A stretch of DNA of 64,000 nucleotides from positions 512,001 through 576,000 of the forward strand of contig CAWJRG010000010.1 in NCBI GenBank assembly GCA_963845185.1. The letters are read 5' to 3'. The notes beneath the pieces are model-generated. The model had not been told where the DNA came from, searched no databases, and saw only the letters and a list, made by a program, of their open reading frames with translations. The position numbers were made by a program, and so were the translations under genes. Positions 49,221 through 59,348 of this stretch are shown here, piece after piece. The stretch's first letter is position 1; every line of letters begins with the position of its first letter. Origin of the DNA: an uncultured bacterium. Lineage in GTDB: Bacteria; Oederibacteriota; PGYV01; CAWJRG01.

Positions 49221-50405
49221 TCATACGCCTTCCCAGGCGTACCTGTATATCTTCATAAGTTTTTCTTTTTCATCCTTATTTCCTTCCATATTTGCCATGC
49301 TCAAATATTTGTCAGCGAATTTTTCGAGCATTTTTTCTTCCACTCCCAAATCCTGCAAATTATCCTTTAAATTAATATCGAGTATAAAATCCTTGAAACC
49401 CACTATGCAGGTTGTTATATACATGCTGTCGTCAACCTTTTCGCATATACCAAAAATCCTTTTTGAAAGCTGTATCACCTTGTCCGGCTTTGTCTCGCCG
49501 AGGTATTTCAGGTAAGCCGGCAGGAGCGCTGCTATACCCGAACCGTGAGCTATATTGTCAAAGTAGCCCGTTATCGCGTGCTCCATCGGGTGCACAACCC
49601 ACGCGCCTGCCCTGCCTGCGTTCGGCAGTCCCATGAGCGCGACCGAGCTTGCGAGCGCAATGTTTGTCCTTGCCTGACTGTCAAACGGGTTCTCAAGTAC
49701 TTTGTACACGTTTTCCATGCAGGTCATTATAATTCCTTCTGTTATCCTGTCCTGCAAATCGCAGTCTGTATCGCCTGTAAAATATTCCTCAAGCACATGC
49801 ATTATTATGTCTATGACGCCTTCTGCCGTAGGTTTCGGCGGTATTGTAAGGGTAAGTTCCGGGTCAAATATGGAAATCTTCGGAAAAAGTTTATCCGGGT
49901 TGTAAATGCCTGCTTTCTCGTTTGTTTTCATGTTTGTAAAAACAGCCGCAGGGTTGCCCTCTGAGCCGCTTGCCGGCAGGGTCGGTATCATAATAATCGG
50001 CAATGCATTACCTATCTGCTTTGCTGTTTTTGAGCCGACAGACATATAATCCCATACCGATCCTCCGCTGCCTGCCACAATGGACGCTCCCTTTGCAGCG
50101 TCCATTGCAGAGCCGCCGCCAAGCCCGATTATGATATCGCAGTTTTCTTTGCTTGCCAGCCCGCCTGCAGCGTCGATCTCCGTGACTTTCGGGTTTGGAG
50201 TAATGTCCGAATAAATCACGAATTTTATACCAGCGGCATCAAGCGATTTTGTCACTTTGTCAAGCGTGCCGGTTTTTTTTACCGAGCTTTTGCCTGTAAT
50301 AATCAGGGCTTTTTTTCCAATGCTTTTAGCTTCTACGCCTGCCCTAGATACTTCTCCAGGCCCGAAAATAAATTTTACCGGGTTATTTAGCGTTATTGTT
50401 CTCAT
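49221..50405 (-). CDS. Iron-containing alcohol dehydrogenase (butanol dehydrogenase-like)
   Basis: GGGSAMDAAK, PTLPASGSE, HPMEH, HGSG. Confidence 0.92.
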   Translation of the reverse strand: MRTITLNNPVKFIFGPGEVSRAGVEAKSIGKKALIITGKSSVKKTGTLDKVTKSLDAAGIKFVIYSDITPNPKVTEIDAAGGLASKENCDIIIGLGGGSAMDAAKGASIVAGSGGSVWDYMSVGSKTAKQIGNALPIIMIPTLPASGSEGNPAAVFTNMKTNEKAGIYNPDKLFPKISIFDPELTLTIPPKPTAEGVIDIIMHVLEEYFTGDTDCDLQDRITEGIIMTCMENVYKVLENPFDSQARTNIALASSVALMGLPNAGRAGAWVVHPMEHAITGYFDNIAHGSGIAALLPAYLKYLGETKPDKVIQLSKRIFGICEKVDDSMYITTCIVGFKDFILDINLKDNLQDLGVEEKMLEKFADKYLSMANMEGNKDEKEKLMKIYRYAWEGV

Positions 50406-50441
50406 TTTTTCCTCCAAGAAAGAGTTTATTTTTTTTCTACA

Positions 50442-50512
50442 GTAGGGGTAATTCACGAATTACCCCGCATTTGTTCTTCATTCGTTTTGGGCGATTCGTG
50501 AATCGCCCCTAC
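50442..50512. repeat. Inverted pair of GTAG-type REPs (BIME/REPIN-like)
   Basis: GTAGGGGTAATTCACGAATTACCCC ... GGGCGATTCGTGAATCGCCCCTAC. Confidence 0.8.
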
Positions 50513-50602
50513 TCTTACCCGCTCAAGCCCGAGGCTTTAGCCCGACGAGCGGTATTAGCATTTTTATTTTACCATAAAAACCGATTTTAAAAACGATATT
50601 AC

Positions 50603-50630
50603 TTGACTTTACCGTTTTATCATATATAAT
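50603..50630 (+). promoter_or_regulatory. Putative sigma70 promoter
   Basis: TTGACT-16bp-TATAAT upstream of 50661. Confidence 0.55.
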
Positions 50631-50660
50631 TGTTATATATTTAATTCAAGGAGGAATCCC

Positions 50661-51464
50661 ATGAAAAGAACAGTGATTTTAATTTTTTCAGCCATTCTTG
50701 TTATTTCCCTTATTTTCAGCTGCAGTTCAAACAAAATCAGCCCAACTTCTCCTATCCAGCAGGTTTCAGCGATGAAGAATGGCTGCCAGCAAACGCCGAC
50801 ACTCACTCCAATAGGGCCTGAACCAATAGGGCCTGAGCACCCGTACCCATATGTACCAACAGCAACTGCGACAGCTATACATGTTTGCCCCGGATCAAAT
50901 ACCAATAATGCCTGTAGTTCAAATCAAGGAAATAAATGCGGCTGGGAAAAACACGATAAATTTACCAAAATGTGCCACATACCGTGCTCTGGCGAGCATG
51001 CCGAGGAGTTGAAATGCCTTGATGTGAACATTGTTATGGAAAATCCATATTTCTATACATCCGACAATTATCCGGGGTATTATATAGGCGACCCGATTAA
51101 TTTCGAAGTGCAAATAACAAATAATGGTAAAAAGGACTTTAAAAATCTTGAAGTCATAACAGTTCAGGAATATCATGATTCAGGAATATGCGACAGATGG
51201 TGGGATCCAAATCCTGAGTTTGTTACTATCACTGCAGGCGAGGCTTTGCCGGGTGACCCAACCACAATATGGAAAGATGTTACATTAAAACCAGGCCAGG
51301 AACTTGTGCTTGACGGCACTTATACCCCGCCTATATCCACATGCTCCGGTCTTGACCAGGTAAGCATTGCGATAAAACACGTTAGCGAATGCTCGCACAG
51401 GATGACAACCATATATTATAACCCGGATGCTACGATTTATTGCCCGCCTCCTCCGGCGAAGTGA
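50661..51464 (+). CDS. Cys-rich hypothetical lipoprotein with Ig-like C-terminal domain
   Basis: AAGGAGG RBS, lipobox IFSC, Pro/Thr linker, INFEVQITNNG strand. Confidence 0.75.
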   Translation: MKRTVILIFSAILVISLIFSCSSNKISPTSPIQQVSAMKNGCQQTPTLTPIGPEPIGPEHPYPYVPTATATAIHVCPGSNTNNACSSNQGNKCGWEKHDKFTKMCHIPCSGEHAEELKCLDVNIVMENPYFYTSDNYPGYYIGDPINFEVQITNNGKKDFKNLEVITVQEYHDSGICDRWWDPNPEFVTITAGEALPGDPTTIWKDVTLKPGQELVLDGTYTPPISTCSGLDQVSIAIKHVSECSHRMTTIYYNPDATIYCPPPPAK

Positions 51465-51515
51465 TAAGCCGGTATATTTACCAGTCTTTTTAATATTTAA
51501 CCGCCAAAAGAGTTA

Positions 51516-52247
51516 TTATTTATAGATATTCTTATCTATCATCCATATCAAATTTTCTTTTGCCTTAACCATGGCTGCCGGGTATTTCTTTTTTGCCTTT
51601 GCAGACGATGCCAGTATTTCCTTCATTATCCCGCCCTTGCCTTTGCCCGCTATAATATAGAGGACGGTTTTTGAGTTATTGATAAAAGGCAGGGTCATAG
51701 TTATTCTGTCGCGTACAGGGGCATAAGACGGGGCTTTAACCGCTATTATCAGCCTCTTTTTTTCGTTTAATGCTTTTTTATCCTTCGGGAAAAGCGAGGA
51801 TGTGTGGCCGTCCGGCCCCATGCCTGCTATTACAAGGTCAAAACTCGGTTTTGTGTTTATATCCTTGAAAAAATTTTTTATAATGTCCTCATAGCTTAAA
51901 GCCGACTTTTTTGCCGGGCTTATTTCATCCGGCGGCGGTATCATAAATACGTTTTCAGGTGGTATTTTTATTTTTGAAAGCATAGCGTCGTATACAAGCT
52001 TAAAATTACTTTTTTCGTCCTTGAAGCTCACATACCTGTCGTCCTGCCAGAATATAAAAACTCTGCTCCAGTCAATCATACATTTTACCAGGTCCCGGTA
52101 TGTTGGCACAGGGTCGCTGCCTCCTGATACAGCAAGCGTAAAATAACCTTTTTGCCTTATAGTTTTTTTTGCCATATCTGTTATCAAACCCGCTGCCTTT
52201 TTGCTCAATGTTTTTAAATTTTCAAAATGCATTGTTTTTGTTTTCAT
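51516..52247 (-). CDS. pgl: 6-phosphogluconolactonase
   Basis: LAVSGG, DDRYV, GMGPDGHTSSLFP, RITMT; start MKTKT. Confidence 0.93.
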   Translation of the reverse strand: MKTKTMHFENLKTLSKKAAGLITDMAKKTIRQKGYFTLAVSGGSDPVPTYRDLVKCMIDWSRVFIFWQDDRYVSFKDEKSNFKLVYDAMLSKIKIPPENVFMIPPPDEISPAKKSALSYEDIIKNFFKDINTKPSFDLVIAGMGPDGHTSSLFPKDKKALNEKKRLIIAVKAPSYAPVRDRITMTLPFINNSKTVLYIIAGKGKGGIMKEILASSAKAKKKYPAAMVKAKENLIWMIDKNIYK

Positions 52248-52276
52248 GTTTTGTCCTTTGTTTTGATTAGGAACAC

Positions 52277-52453
52277 CCTTCCCCCTCGACGGGGGAAGGT
52301 CTGGATGGGGGTGACGTAGCAGCTGAAAGTATCTATTTTTCAAGCATACCCTTTCTCCATTTTGCCGCTACTTCACCCTCTCCTTTTTCCTCTCCCGTCG
52401 AGGGAGAGGAGACCTCTAATATTGCTTCGCTCCATTTGGTCGCTCGCAATGAC
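52277..52453. repeat. Cluster of REP-like palindromes: two CCCTC-CC...GGGAGAGG-type and one half GTCATTGCGAG-type
   Basis: CCTTCCCCCTCGACGGGGGAAGG; TCCTCTCCCGTCGAGGGAGAGGA; ATTGCTTCGCTCCATTTGGTCGCTCGCAATGAC. Confidence 0.75.
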
Positions 52454-52466
52454 AAAATTGCACATC

Positions 52467-54017
52467 TTACACCCAGCTCCTGCCGTCTTTTTTTAAAAGT
52501 TCGTCTGCCTCAACCGGGCCCATGTTTCCTGATTCGTATAATTTCAGGAATTTTTTCCTTTTTTCATTGTTGTTTTCAGCGAGTTCATGCAGAACAGGCG
52601 TAAAAACCGCCCACGATGCCTCAAGCCCGTCCTTGCGCCAGAAAAGTGTTTGGTCCCCGAGCATTACGTCAAGCAAAAGCCCCTCATAATCGTCGATCAG
52701 TTCATAGCCCAGCAAATCCGTGTAATTAAAATCCATTCTCACGGTATTGATGCACGTTTTCGGGCCGGGATGTTTTACCTGTACCACGAGCGATACCCTT
52801 TGTTCAGGCTGTATATAAATCTCAAGTATATTCGACGCAAGTTCTGCTTCAGGTATAGGGCAGAACATGCACCGGAAAATCTTTTTGAAGACAACCGAAA
52901 TTTTTGTGCATTTTTCCCCCATCCTTTTCCCTGTTCTTATGTAAAAAGGCACTCCCTTCCACCTTTCATTGTCTATGAAAAGCCTCATTGCCGCGAAAGT
53001 CTCTGTTTTTGAATCTTTTGAAATGCCCGGTTCGTTTATGTACGCAGCCGCGTCCTTGCCCTGTATTTTCCCTGCTGAATATTGTCCAATTATAATTTCA
53101 TCTGTTTTTAACTGCATTATCGGCTTTATTATTTTTGTTCTCTCGTTTCTTGTGGACTCCGGGTCAAAGGCAGCAGGCGGTTCCATCGCAGTCATTGCCA
53201 CAAGCTGCATCATGTGGCTCTGGCACATGTCTCTTATAATTCCTGTTGTGTCAAAATATCCTGCCCTGTGCTCCACGCCTAGTGTCTCTGCCGCGGTTAT
53301 CTGCACATTGTCTATGTACTTGCTGTTCCACACAGGCTCGAATATTAGATTAGCGAACCTCAAGACAAGCATATTTTGTACTGCCTGTTTGCCCAGGTAA
53401 TGGTCTATCCTGTAAATCTGATCCTCAGAAATGAATTTAAGAAGTTTTTCGTTTAATTCCACTGCTGTATTTAAATCCCTGCCGACAGGCTTTTCAACAA
53501 CCACCCTTTTCCATGCTTTTGGATTTTTCTCCACAAGGCAGCATAAGCCAAGGTGTTCTACTATCCCGGGGTATAAATCCGGCGGAGTCGCAAGGTAATA
53601 AACCATGTTGTCCCCTGTATTGTTTCTGGCGCTTAAGTTGTTTATGTCCTGTTTTAGCCCGTCATAGTCTTTCTGGCTGGCGTAATCTCCGCAGTAATAA
53701 TGGCATTTTTTCGCGAATTCAATCCCTGTCGCGTTGTCAGCGCCGTTTGCGTGCTCCCTCAGGCTGGTTTTCACTCTTTCCCTGAAAGATTCGTCGCTCA
53801 TTTTTGTCCTTGCAAATCCTATAACAAAAAAATTTTCGGGAAGTTGTTTCTTTTTATAAAGGTTGTAAAGCGAGGGTATTAGTTTTCTTTGCGTCAGATC
53901 GCCTGACGCTCCGAATATTGCAAACCCGCATGGCCCGGGCAATTGCTGCTCGCAAAAGACAGGTTCTTTCTGCCCGGTTGCAAAGGGAATTTTGATATTT
54001 AAAAATTCTTTATCCAT
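52467..54017 (-). CDS. zwf: Glucose-6-phosphate 1-dehydrogenase
   Basis: FGASGDL, VEKP, RIDHYLGK, RWKGVPFYIRTGKR. Confidence 0.96.
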   Translation of the reverse strand: MDKEFLNIKIPFATGQKEPVFCEQQLPGPCGFAIFGASGDLTQRKLIPSLYNLYKKKQLPENFFVIGFARTKMSDESFRERVKTSLREHANGADNATGIEFAKKCHYYCGDYASQKDYDGLKQDINNLSARNNTGDNMVYYLATPPDLYPGIVEHLGLCCLVEKNPKAWKRVVVEKPVGRDLNTAVELNEKLLKFISEDQIYRIDHYLGKQAVQNMLVLRFANLIFEPVWNSKYIDNVQITAAETLGVEHRAGYFDTTGIIRDMCQSHMMQLVAMTAMEPPAAFDPESTRNERTKIIKPIMQLKTDEIIIGQYSAGKIQGKDAAAYINEPGISKDSKTETFAAMRLFIDNERWKGVPFYIRTGKRMGEKCTKISVVFKKIFRCMFCPIPEAELASNILEIYIQPEQRVSLVVQVKHPGPKTCINTVRMDFNYTDLLGYELIDDYEGLLLDVMLGDQTLFWRKDGLEASWAVFTPVLHELAENNNEKRKKFLKLYESGNMGPVEADELLKKDGRSWV

Positions 54018-54018
54018 T

Positions 54019-54993
54019 TTATTTTGGTTTTTTATCCGCAGCCGCATGCTTTACTCTGCCCGCGCCTGCATCACTTGTTTTTACGTCTTCGCCTTGTCTT
54101 GCCACTGCATGGCCGCCGAATTCGCGCCTCAGCGCCGCGAGCACCCTGTTGGCGAAAGCATCCTTTTGCCTCGAGTTAAACCTCTTATACAGCGCTGTCG
54201 TTATGACATCCGCGGGTACGCCCGTGTCTATGGCTTCTTTTATGGTCCATCTTGCCTCTCCCGAATCCTCTACAAAACCCTGTATCTCGTCCAGGCCCGA
54301 GTCTTTGTCGAATACATTTTCAAGCAGCTCCAGCAGCCATGAACGCACCACGCTGCCCTGGTTCCATAAATGGGCCACCTGCTGTAAATCGAGCTTGCCT
54401 GCGTAAGGCGATGCCTTTAAAATCTCAAAACCCTCGGCGTACGCTTCCATGAGCCCGTACTCGATGGCATTGTGTATCATCTTTACAAAATGCCCTGCTC
54501 CCGGGCCGCCGCAATACATATACCCGTCTTTCGGCGCCAGGTCTTTTAAAATCGGTTCCATGCGTTTAAAAATTTCTTCCTCGCCGCCCACCATGGTGCA
54601 GTATCCGATTTTAAGCCCCCATATTCCACCGGATACTCCTGCGTCAGCGTAATGTATTCCTGCCTTTTTCAGCTCGTCAAACCTTCTTATGTCTTCCCTG
54701 TATGGCGAGTTGCCGCCTTCAACTATGACGTCACCCTTTGAAAGCAGTTTAACAAGGTCTGCAATATGCTTTTCAGTTACATCCCCTGCCGGCAGCATAA
54801 GCCACACTATCCGCGGGGTTTGCAGTTTCTGTATGAATTCCGCCATAGAATATGCCCCAACAGCACCTTCCTTTTCTATTTCCTTTGTTTTTTCAGCCGT
54901 CCTGTTAAAAGCCACAATATTATGGCCTGCTTTGATGAGCCTTTTTGCCATGTTGCCGCCCATCCTTCCAAGTCCAATCATCCCTAATTGCAT
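54019..54993 (-). CDS. gnd: 6-phosphogluconate dehydrogenase (short type)
   Basis: GLGRMGGNM, GVSGG, HFVKMIHNAIEYG, DSGEARW, FGGH. Confidence 0.95.
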   Translation of the reverse strand: MQLGMIGLGRMGGNMAKRLIKAGHNIVAFNRTAEKTKEIEKEGAVGAYSMAEFIQKLQTPRIVWLMLPAGDVTEKHIADLVKLLSKGDVIVEGGNSPYREDIRRFDELKKAGIHYADAGVSGGIWGLKIGYCTMVGGEEEIFKRMEPILKDLAPKDGYMYCGGPGAGHFVKMIHNAIEYGLMEAYAEGFEILKASPYAGKLDLQQVAHLWNQGSVVRSWLLELLENVFDKDSGLDEIQGFVEDSGEARWTIKEAIDTGVPADVITTALYKRFNSRQKDAFANRVLAALRREFGGHAVARQGEDVKTSDAGAGRVKHAAADKKPK

Positions 54994-55021
54994 ATGTGCC
55001 TCCATTTTTTGTCTTTTATTT

Positions 55022-55049
55022 GTAGAGACACGCCATGGCGTGTCTCTAC
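55022..55049. repeat. GTAG-type REP palindrome (empty IS1182 target)
   Basis: GTAGAGACACGCCATGGCGTGTCTCTAC. Confidence 0.92.
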
Positions 55050-57049
55050 TTTAAATTTAAAATCTTCATTACCTTTTCAACGACATTCTCAACTGTAAAC
55101 CCGTATTTTTCCATTACTATCTCGCCCGGCGCAGACGCGCCGAACTTATCCACGCCTATCACGCAGCCTTCATCGCCTGCCAGGCCTTTCCAGAAATATG
55201 GCGAGCCTGCTTCTATTATAACACGCTTTTTTATTACCGAAGGTATCACGCTTTCCATGTATTGTTCTGATTGTTCCATGAATATTTCGTATGAAGGCAT
55301 TGATACGACCCTTGCTTTTATTTTTTTTGCTTTTAATTTTTCATACGCGCCAAGAGCCAGATGAACTTCAGAGCCTGTCGCAATCAGGATAACATCCGGC
55401 TTATCGCCCGCATCCAGAAGGATATATGCGCCCTTTTCTAAATTTTCAAATATTTTATATTTTTCAAAATCAAGCACAGGCAGATTTTGCCTGGTAAGGC
55501 AGAGTGCTATGGGCCTTTTATTTGCTATAGCATAATTCCACGCAGCCGAAGTCTCGTTTGCGTCAGCCGGCCTTATCACGGTCATGCCGGGTATCATGCG
55601 CAGCGAAGAAAGCTGCTCCACGGGCTGGTGCGTGGGCCCGTCCTGGCCCAGGCCTATGCTGTCGTGAGTAAAAATAAATATCGAGTGGGTTTTCATCAGA
55701 GCAGCAAGCCTTATGGCAGGCCGCATGTAATCGGAAAAAATCAGGAAAGTCGCGCAGTAAGGTATCAAACCGCCGTGAAGCGCGATGCCGTTTGTAATGG
55801 CTCCCATTGCGTGCTCGCGCACGCCGAAATGCATATTCCTCGCGCATCCGCTTGCCACGCCTATATCTCCGTAGCCGTGAAGCAGTGTTTTTGTAGACGG
55901 GCTCAAGTCAGCCGAGCCTCCCATGAATTCAGTCATGTATTTCTCTATGTTATTCATGACTTTTTCCGAAGCAACCCTTGTAGATACAGGCCCGTCCTTT
56001 GGGAAAAATTCCAGAAAATTTTCCGTCAGTTTCCTGTTCACGCGGCCTTCCATGTATTTGTTTAAAAGCTCAACCTGTTCCGGGTTATTTTTCCTGTATT
56101 TTTCCACAAGCTCGTGCCAGTTCTTTACTTTTTCATCAGTATCTGACTCAAGCCGTTTAAAATGCGCGTAAACTTCTTCCGGCACAAAAAAACTTTTATC
56201 AGCCGGCCAGCCGAATTTTTCCTTTGTTTCTTTCACGCCTTCTTCTCCCAGGGGCTCGCCATGCGCCGCGCCTGTATCCTGTTTTGGTGAACCAAATCCT
56301 ATGTGCGTGCGAACTATTATGAGCGAAGGTTTTTGTTTTTCCCCTCTTGCTTCTTCTAATGCTTTTGCTATGTCCTCAATGTCGTTCCCGTCTGCAATTT
56401 TAATTGTTTGCCAGCCGTATGCGTCAAAACGCTCAGCAACGTTTTCGCCGAAAGTAATCGAAGTATCGCCTTCTATTGATACATGGTTTTCGTCGTAAAG
56501 GTAAATGAGTTTCCCTAGTTTCATTGTGCCTGCAAGCGACGCGGCTTCAGAAGATATCCCTTCCATCAGGTCGCCGTCAGACACAATAGCGTAGGTATAA
56601 TGGTCTATTATTTTTAAATCAGGCGTGTTAAAGCAGTCCCCCAGCACTTTTTCAGCTATTGCCATGCCCACACCCATGCCAAAACCCTGGCCAAGCGGCC
56701 CTGTCGTGGCTTCGATTCCGGGCGTAAGCCCGTATTCGGGATGGCCCGGTGTTATGCTGCCATACTGCCTGAACTTTTTCAGGTCGTCCATTGTAATGCC
56801 ATAACCGTATAAGTGTAAAAGTGAATATAACAGCGCACAGCCGTGTCCTGCTGAAAGTATGAACCTGTCCCTGTCCACCCATTTCGGGTTTTCAGGTGAG
56901 TGTTTTAAAAATTTGGAAAATAAGACATAAGCCATGGGCGCTGCGCCAAGCGGCATGCCAGGATGCCCTGACTTTGCCTTTTCCACCATGTCTATGGAAA
57001 GCATGCGTAAAGTATTTATGCAAAGCTCGTCAATATTGTTTTCAGCCAT
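55046..57049 (-). CDS. tkt: Transketolase
   Basis: SGHPG, DRDRFILSAGH, GDLMEGIS, FGVREH, DGPTHQPVEQ; start MAENN. Confidence 0.97.
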   Translation of the reverse strand: MAENNIDELCINTLRMLSIDMVEKAKSGHPGMPLGAAPMAYVLFSKFLKHSPENPKWVDRDRFILSAGHGCALLYSLLHLYGYGITMDDLKKFRQYGSITPGHPEYGLTPGIEATTGPLGQGFGMGVGMAIAEKVLGDCFNTPDLKIIDHYTYAIVSDGDLMEGISSEAASLAGTMKLGKLIYLYDENHVSIEGDTSITFGENVAERFDAYGWQTIKIADGNDIEDIAKALEEARGEKQKPSLIIVRTHIGFGSPKQDTGAAHGEPLGEEGVKETKEKFGWPADKSFFVPEEVYAHFKRLESDTDEKVKNWHELVEKYRKNNPEQVELLNKYMEGRVNRKLTENFLEFFPKDGPVSTRVASEKVMNNIEKYMTEFMGGSADLSPSTKTLLHGYGDIGVASGCARNMHFGVREHAMGAITNGIALHGGLIPYCATFLIFSDYMRPAIRLAALMKTHSIFIFTHDSIGLGQDGPTHQPVEQLSSLRMIPGMTVIRPADANETSAAWNYAIANKRPIALCLTRQNLPVLDFEKYKIFENLEKGAYILLDAGDKPDVILIATGSEVHLALGAYEKLKAKKIKARVVSMPSYEIFMEQSEQYMESVIPSVIKKRVIIEAGSPYFWKGLAGDEGCVIGVDKFGASAPGEIVMEKYGFTVENVVEKVMKILNLK

Positions 57050-57096
57050 TTTTATACCACCGACTCTATATTTTTTAATTGTAGAGACACGCCATG

Positions 57097-58710
57097 GAGT
57101 CTGTCTCAAAACTCTTTTAAACGCCTTGCATTGCCTACACTTATCGCGTTTTTTAGCCCCTATCTTTATTATTTCTCTTCTTTTCGATTTGTGGTTCTTT
57201 TCTTGTCAGGTTGCGAACCTTAATTTAACCTTACCTTCCCTCCACAAGGCATACATTGTCTTTATGTTATGGGCGGCGCATATAAAAGACCATTGTGTTT
57301 TTACGCTTTCGATTCCTCTAACACTAAATCTTGTAAAACCAAGTACGTTTTTTATACGTCCCAATAATGGCTCAACTATTGTTTTTCTCTTTCGAAGCTG
57401 TTCTTTCCAGTTATTGACCCTAGCTTCTTCTCTGTATATTGACACTATCTCCTCATACTCATGCTTATTTGCTTCTATTATCCTTCCGGATTTTACCTTG
57501 CTGCATTCGTATTTATAAATACAATCCCTATGATCCCCGCATCGGTATATCATTGTCTCTTTTCCGTTTTTCTTCTTCCTTATACTGGTATATTCAAGCC
57601 TGCCATTTTTAGGACATACATATTCGTTTTTTTCTTTGTCGTATTTAAAATGCGCTTTGCCATACGGCCTATCGCTGTCATCCTCCGGCAAGTTAACAAT
57701 TATATTCCTTTTTTCTTCTTTGGCTTTTGCCAGTTCTTCCGGTGAATAATACCCTCCATCCGCAAGCGTTACTCCTGATTTTTGTCCGGTATTCGACTCT
57801 GCTTTTTCTATCATATCATTCAGCATGTGAGCATCCGATTCCTTGTTTGTCACATTCTCTGCCACAATTATCTGTTTCTTTGCGTCCACAACAACCTGTG
57901 AGTTATATGCCTGTTGCAGTCCTTTACCTCTTGTCATCATGAACCGGCTGTCTCTATCTGTGGGGTTTTCAGTTGTTTTTCCTTCACTTTTCATACGTTC
58001 TATATGTTCTCTTATTACCTGACGCAGTTTCTCCTTTTCCTGCAATTCTTTTGGCATTCCGCACTTACTTTTGCCCTCTTCATCGTCTTGTTCGTCATTT
58101 TTCTCAATTTCCACCATTATTTTGTCTATTTCTCTGTCTAATTCTTGTATTTTTTTATTCATGTCTTTTATTGTTTTGGTCTTTTCCTTATTTACATCTG
58201 CCTGTATTTTTGTGCCGTCCACGGCTTGGATTTCAAAACCAACCAAATTGTTGTTTGTTGCCACACGCACCGTCTCCTTCAGTAAAACCCTTATCTGCTC
58301 TTTATTTCCTTTAAAAAATCTCCATAGCGTATTATGGTCGGGATGATTATTCCCGGTTATCCATATCATCCCCATTGAATCGTAAGTCATTTTTTCAACT
58401 TTTCTGCTGCTCTTTTTTCCTTCCAGTATGCCGTACATCCATGCCCCAAGTAAAAGATCTACAAAATATCCCGGTCTTCCGGTTTCTTCTTCCATTTTAA
58501 AACCCATCTCTTCAAGCGGTAATTCTTCTACGAATTCTACGACAAATCGAGCTAAATGATCTTTTGAAACCCAATCTTCTATTGCCGGTGGCAGTAGATA
58601 CATTTGATTTCTATCGGCTCTTATCGTTGGCATTTGGTTTCTCCTTCGCTAAATTTTGAAACCATTATACCATTTATGTCAAAGAATTAAGAGGCTTTTG
58701 AGACAGACTC
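57097..58710 (-). mobile_element. IS1182-family element copy 2 (1614 bp) inserted in a GTAG REP; TSD CATG
   Basis: Same IRs as copy 1; flanks GTAGAGACACGC-CATG and CATG-GCGTGTCTCTAC. Confidence 0.95.
57206..58633 (-). CDS. IS1182-family DDE transposase (protein identical to copy 1)
   Basis: Identical 475-aa translation; one synonymous difference noticed (about 48672 vs 58229). Confidence 0.93.
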   Translation of the reverse strand: MPTIRADRNQMYLLPPAIEDWVSKDHLARFVVEFVEELPLEEMGFKMEEETGRPGYFVDLLLGAWMYGILEGKKSSRKVEKMTYDSMGMIWITGNNHPDHNTLWRFFKGNKEQIRVLLKETVRVATNNNLVGFEIQAVDGTKIQADVNKEKTKTIKDMNKKIQELDREIDKIMVEIEKNDEQDDEEGKSKCGMPKELQEKEKLRQVIREHIERMKSEGKTTENPTDRDSRFMMTRGKGLQQAYNSQVVVDAKKQIIVAENVTNKESDAHMLNDMIEKAESNTGQKSGVTLADGGYYSPEELAKAKEEKRNIIVNLPEDDSDRPYGKAHFKYDKEKNEYVCPKNGRLEYTSIRKKKNGKETMIYRCGDHRDCIYKYECSKVKSGRIIEANKHEYEEIVSIYREEARVNNWKEQLRKRKTIVEPLLGRIKNVLGFTRFSVRGIESVKTQWSFICAAHNIKTMYALWREGKVKLRFAT

Positions 58711-58762
58711 CATGGCGTGTCTCTACTTTAACTGTCCTTATGAAAATATCGTGGGATAATCG

Positions 58763-59338
58763 TCACCCTCCCAGTTCAGCGCTGTATTTGTCTATGGAAT
58801 ATATTTTATTCAGTTCCAGCCTGGGCGGCCTGTTTGCCTCGCCGAGCTTCATATTATCTGAAAGTATCGGGTTTAAGGTGTCGGATTTTTTTCCGACATT
58901 TATTATTGTTATAAGCGTATACTCGTCAGGGATGTAAAGCGCCTGCTTTGCTTTTTCCTGGTCAAATCCAGCTATTGGATGGGCGATAAGCCCCATTTCC
59001 GTAGCCCTGAGCACGATAAAGGCTGTTGCTATCCCTAAGTCAAACAAAAAATATTCCCTGCCGTCCTTATTATTAATGCAGTCTTTTTCCTTTTTGCTGA
59101 AAACCGCGATTATCAGCGAAGCTGATTTTACCCATGCGTTTCCCGGCGGAAGCGCTTCATGAAGCCTGCTAAGCGCGTCTTTTCCTCTTGTAAAAACAAA
59201 CCTCCACGGCTGGTTGTTATTGCATGACATGGCAAGCTGCGCGCATTTCGCGAAATCCTCAATCATTGCGTCCGTGATTTCAATTGGCGCAAAAGACCTG
59301 TATGCCCTTCTTTTTTCTATAGCTTCCTTTACATCCAT
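58763..59338 (-). CDS. Nitroreductase family protein
   Basis: IEKRRAYR, SCNNNQPWRF, RATEMGL. Confidence 0.9.
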   Translation of the reverse strand: MDVKEAIEKRRAYRSFAPIEITDAMIEDFAKCAQLAMSCNNNQPWRFVFTRGKDALSRLHEALPPGNAWVKSASLIIAVFSKKEKDCINNKDGREYFLFDLGIATAFIVLRATEMGLIAHPIAGFDQEKAKQALYIPDEYTLITIINVGKKSDTLNPILSDNMKLGEANRPPRLELNKIYSIDKYSAELGG

Positions 59339-59348
59339 TTTTAGCCTC

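Noticed and set aside
57050..57109. N-terminal extension of tkt (and similar ones on pgl, rubredoxin, adh, tonB)
   Set aside because: They translate through IS ends, REPs or overlapping genes; downstream starts fit RBS positions and family lengths better.
47540..58710. Composite transposon formed by two direct IS1182 copies around adh/pgl/zwf/gnd/tkt
   Set aside because: Each copy has its own matching TSD (CTTG/CTTG and CATG/CATG) and its own split REP, so these are independent insertions.
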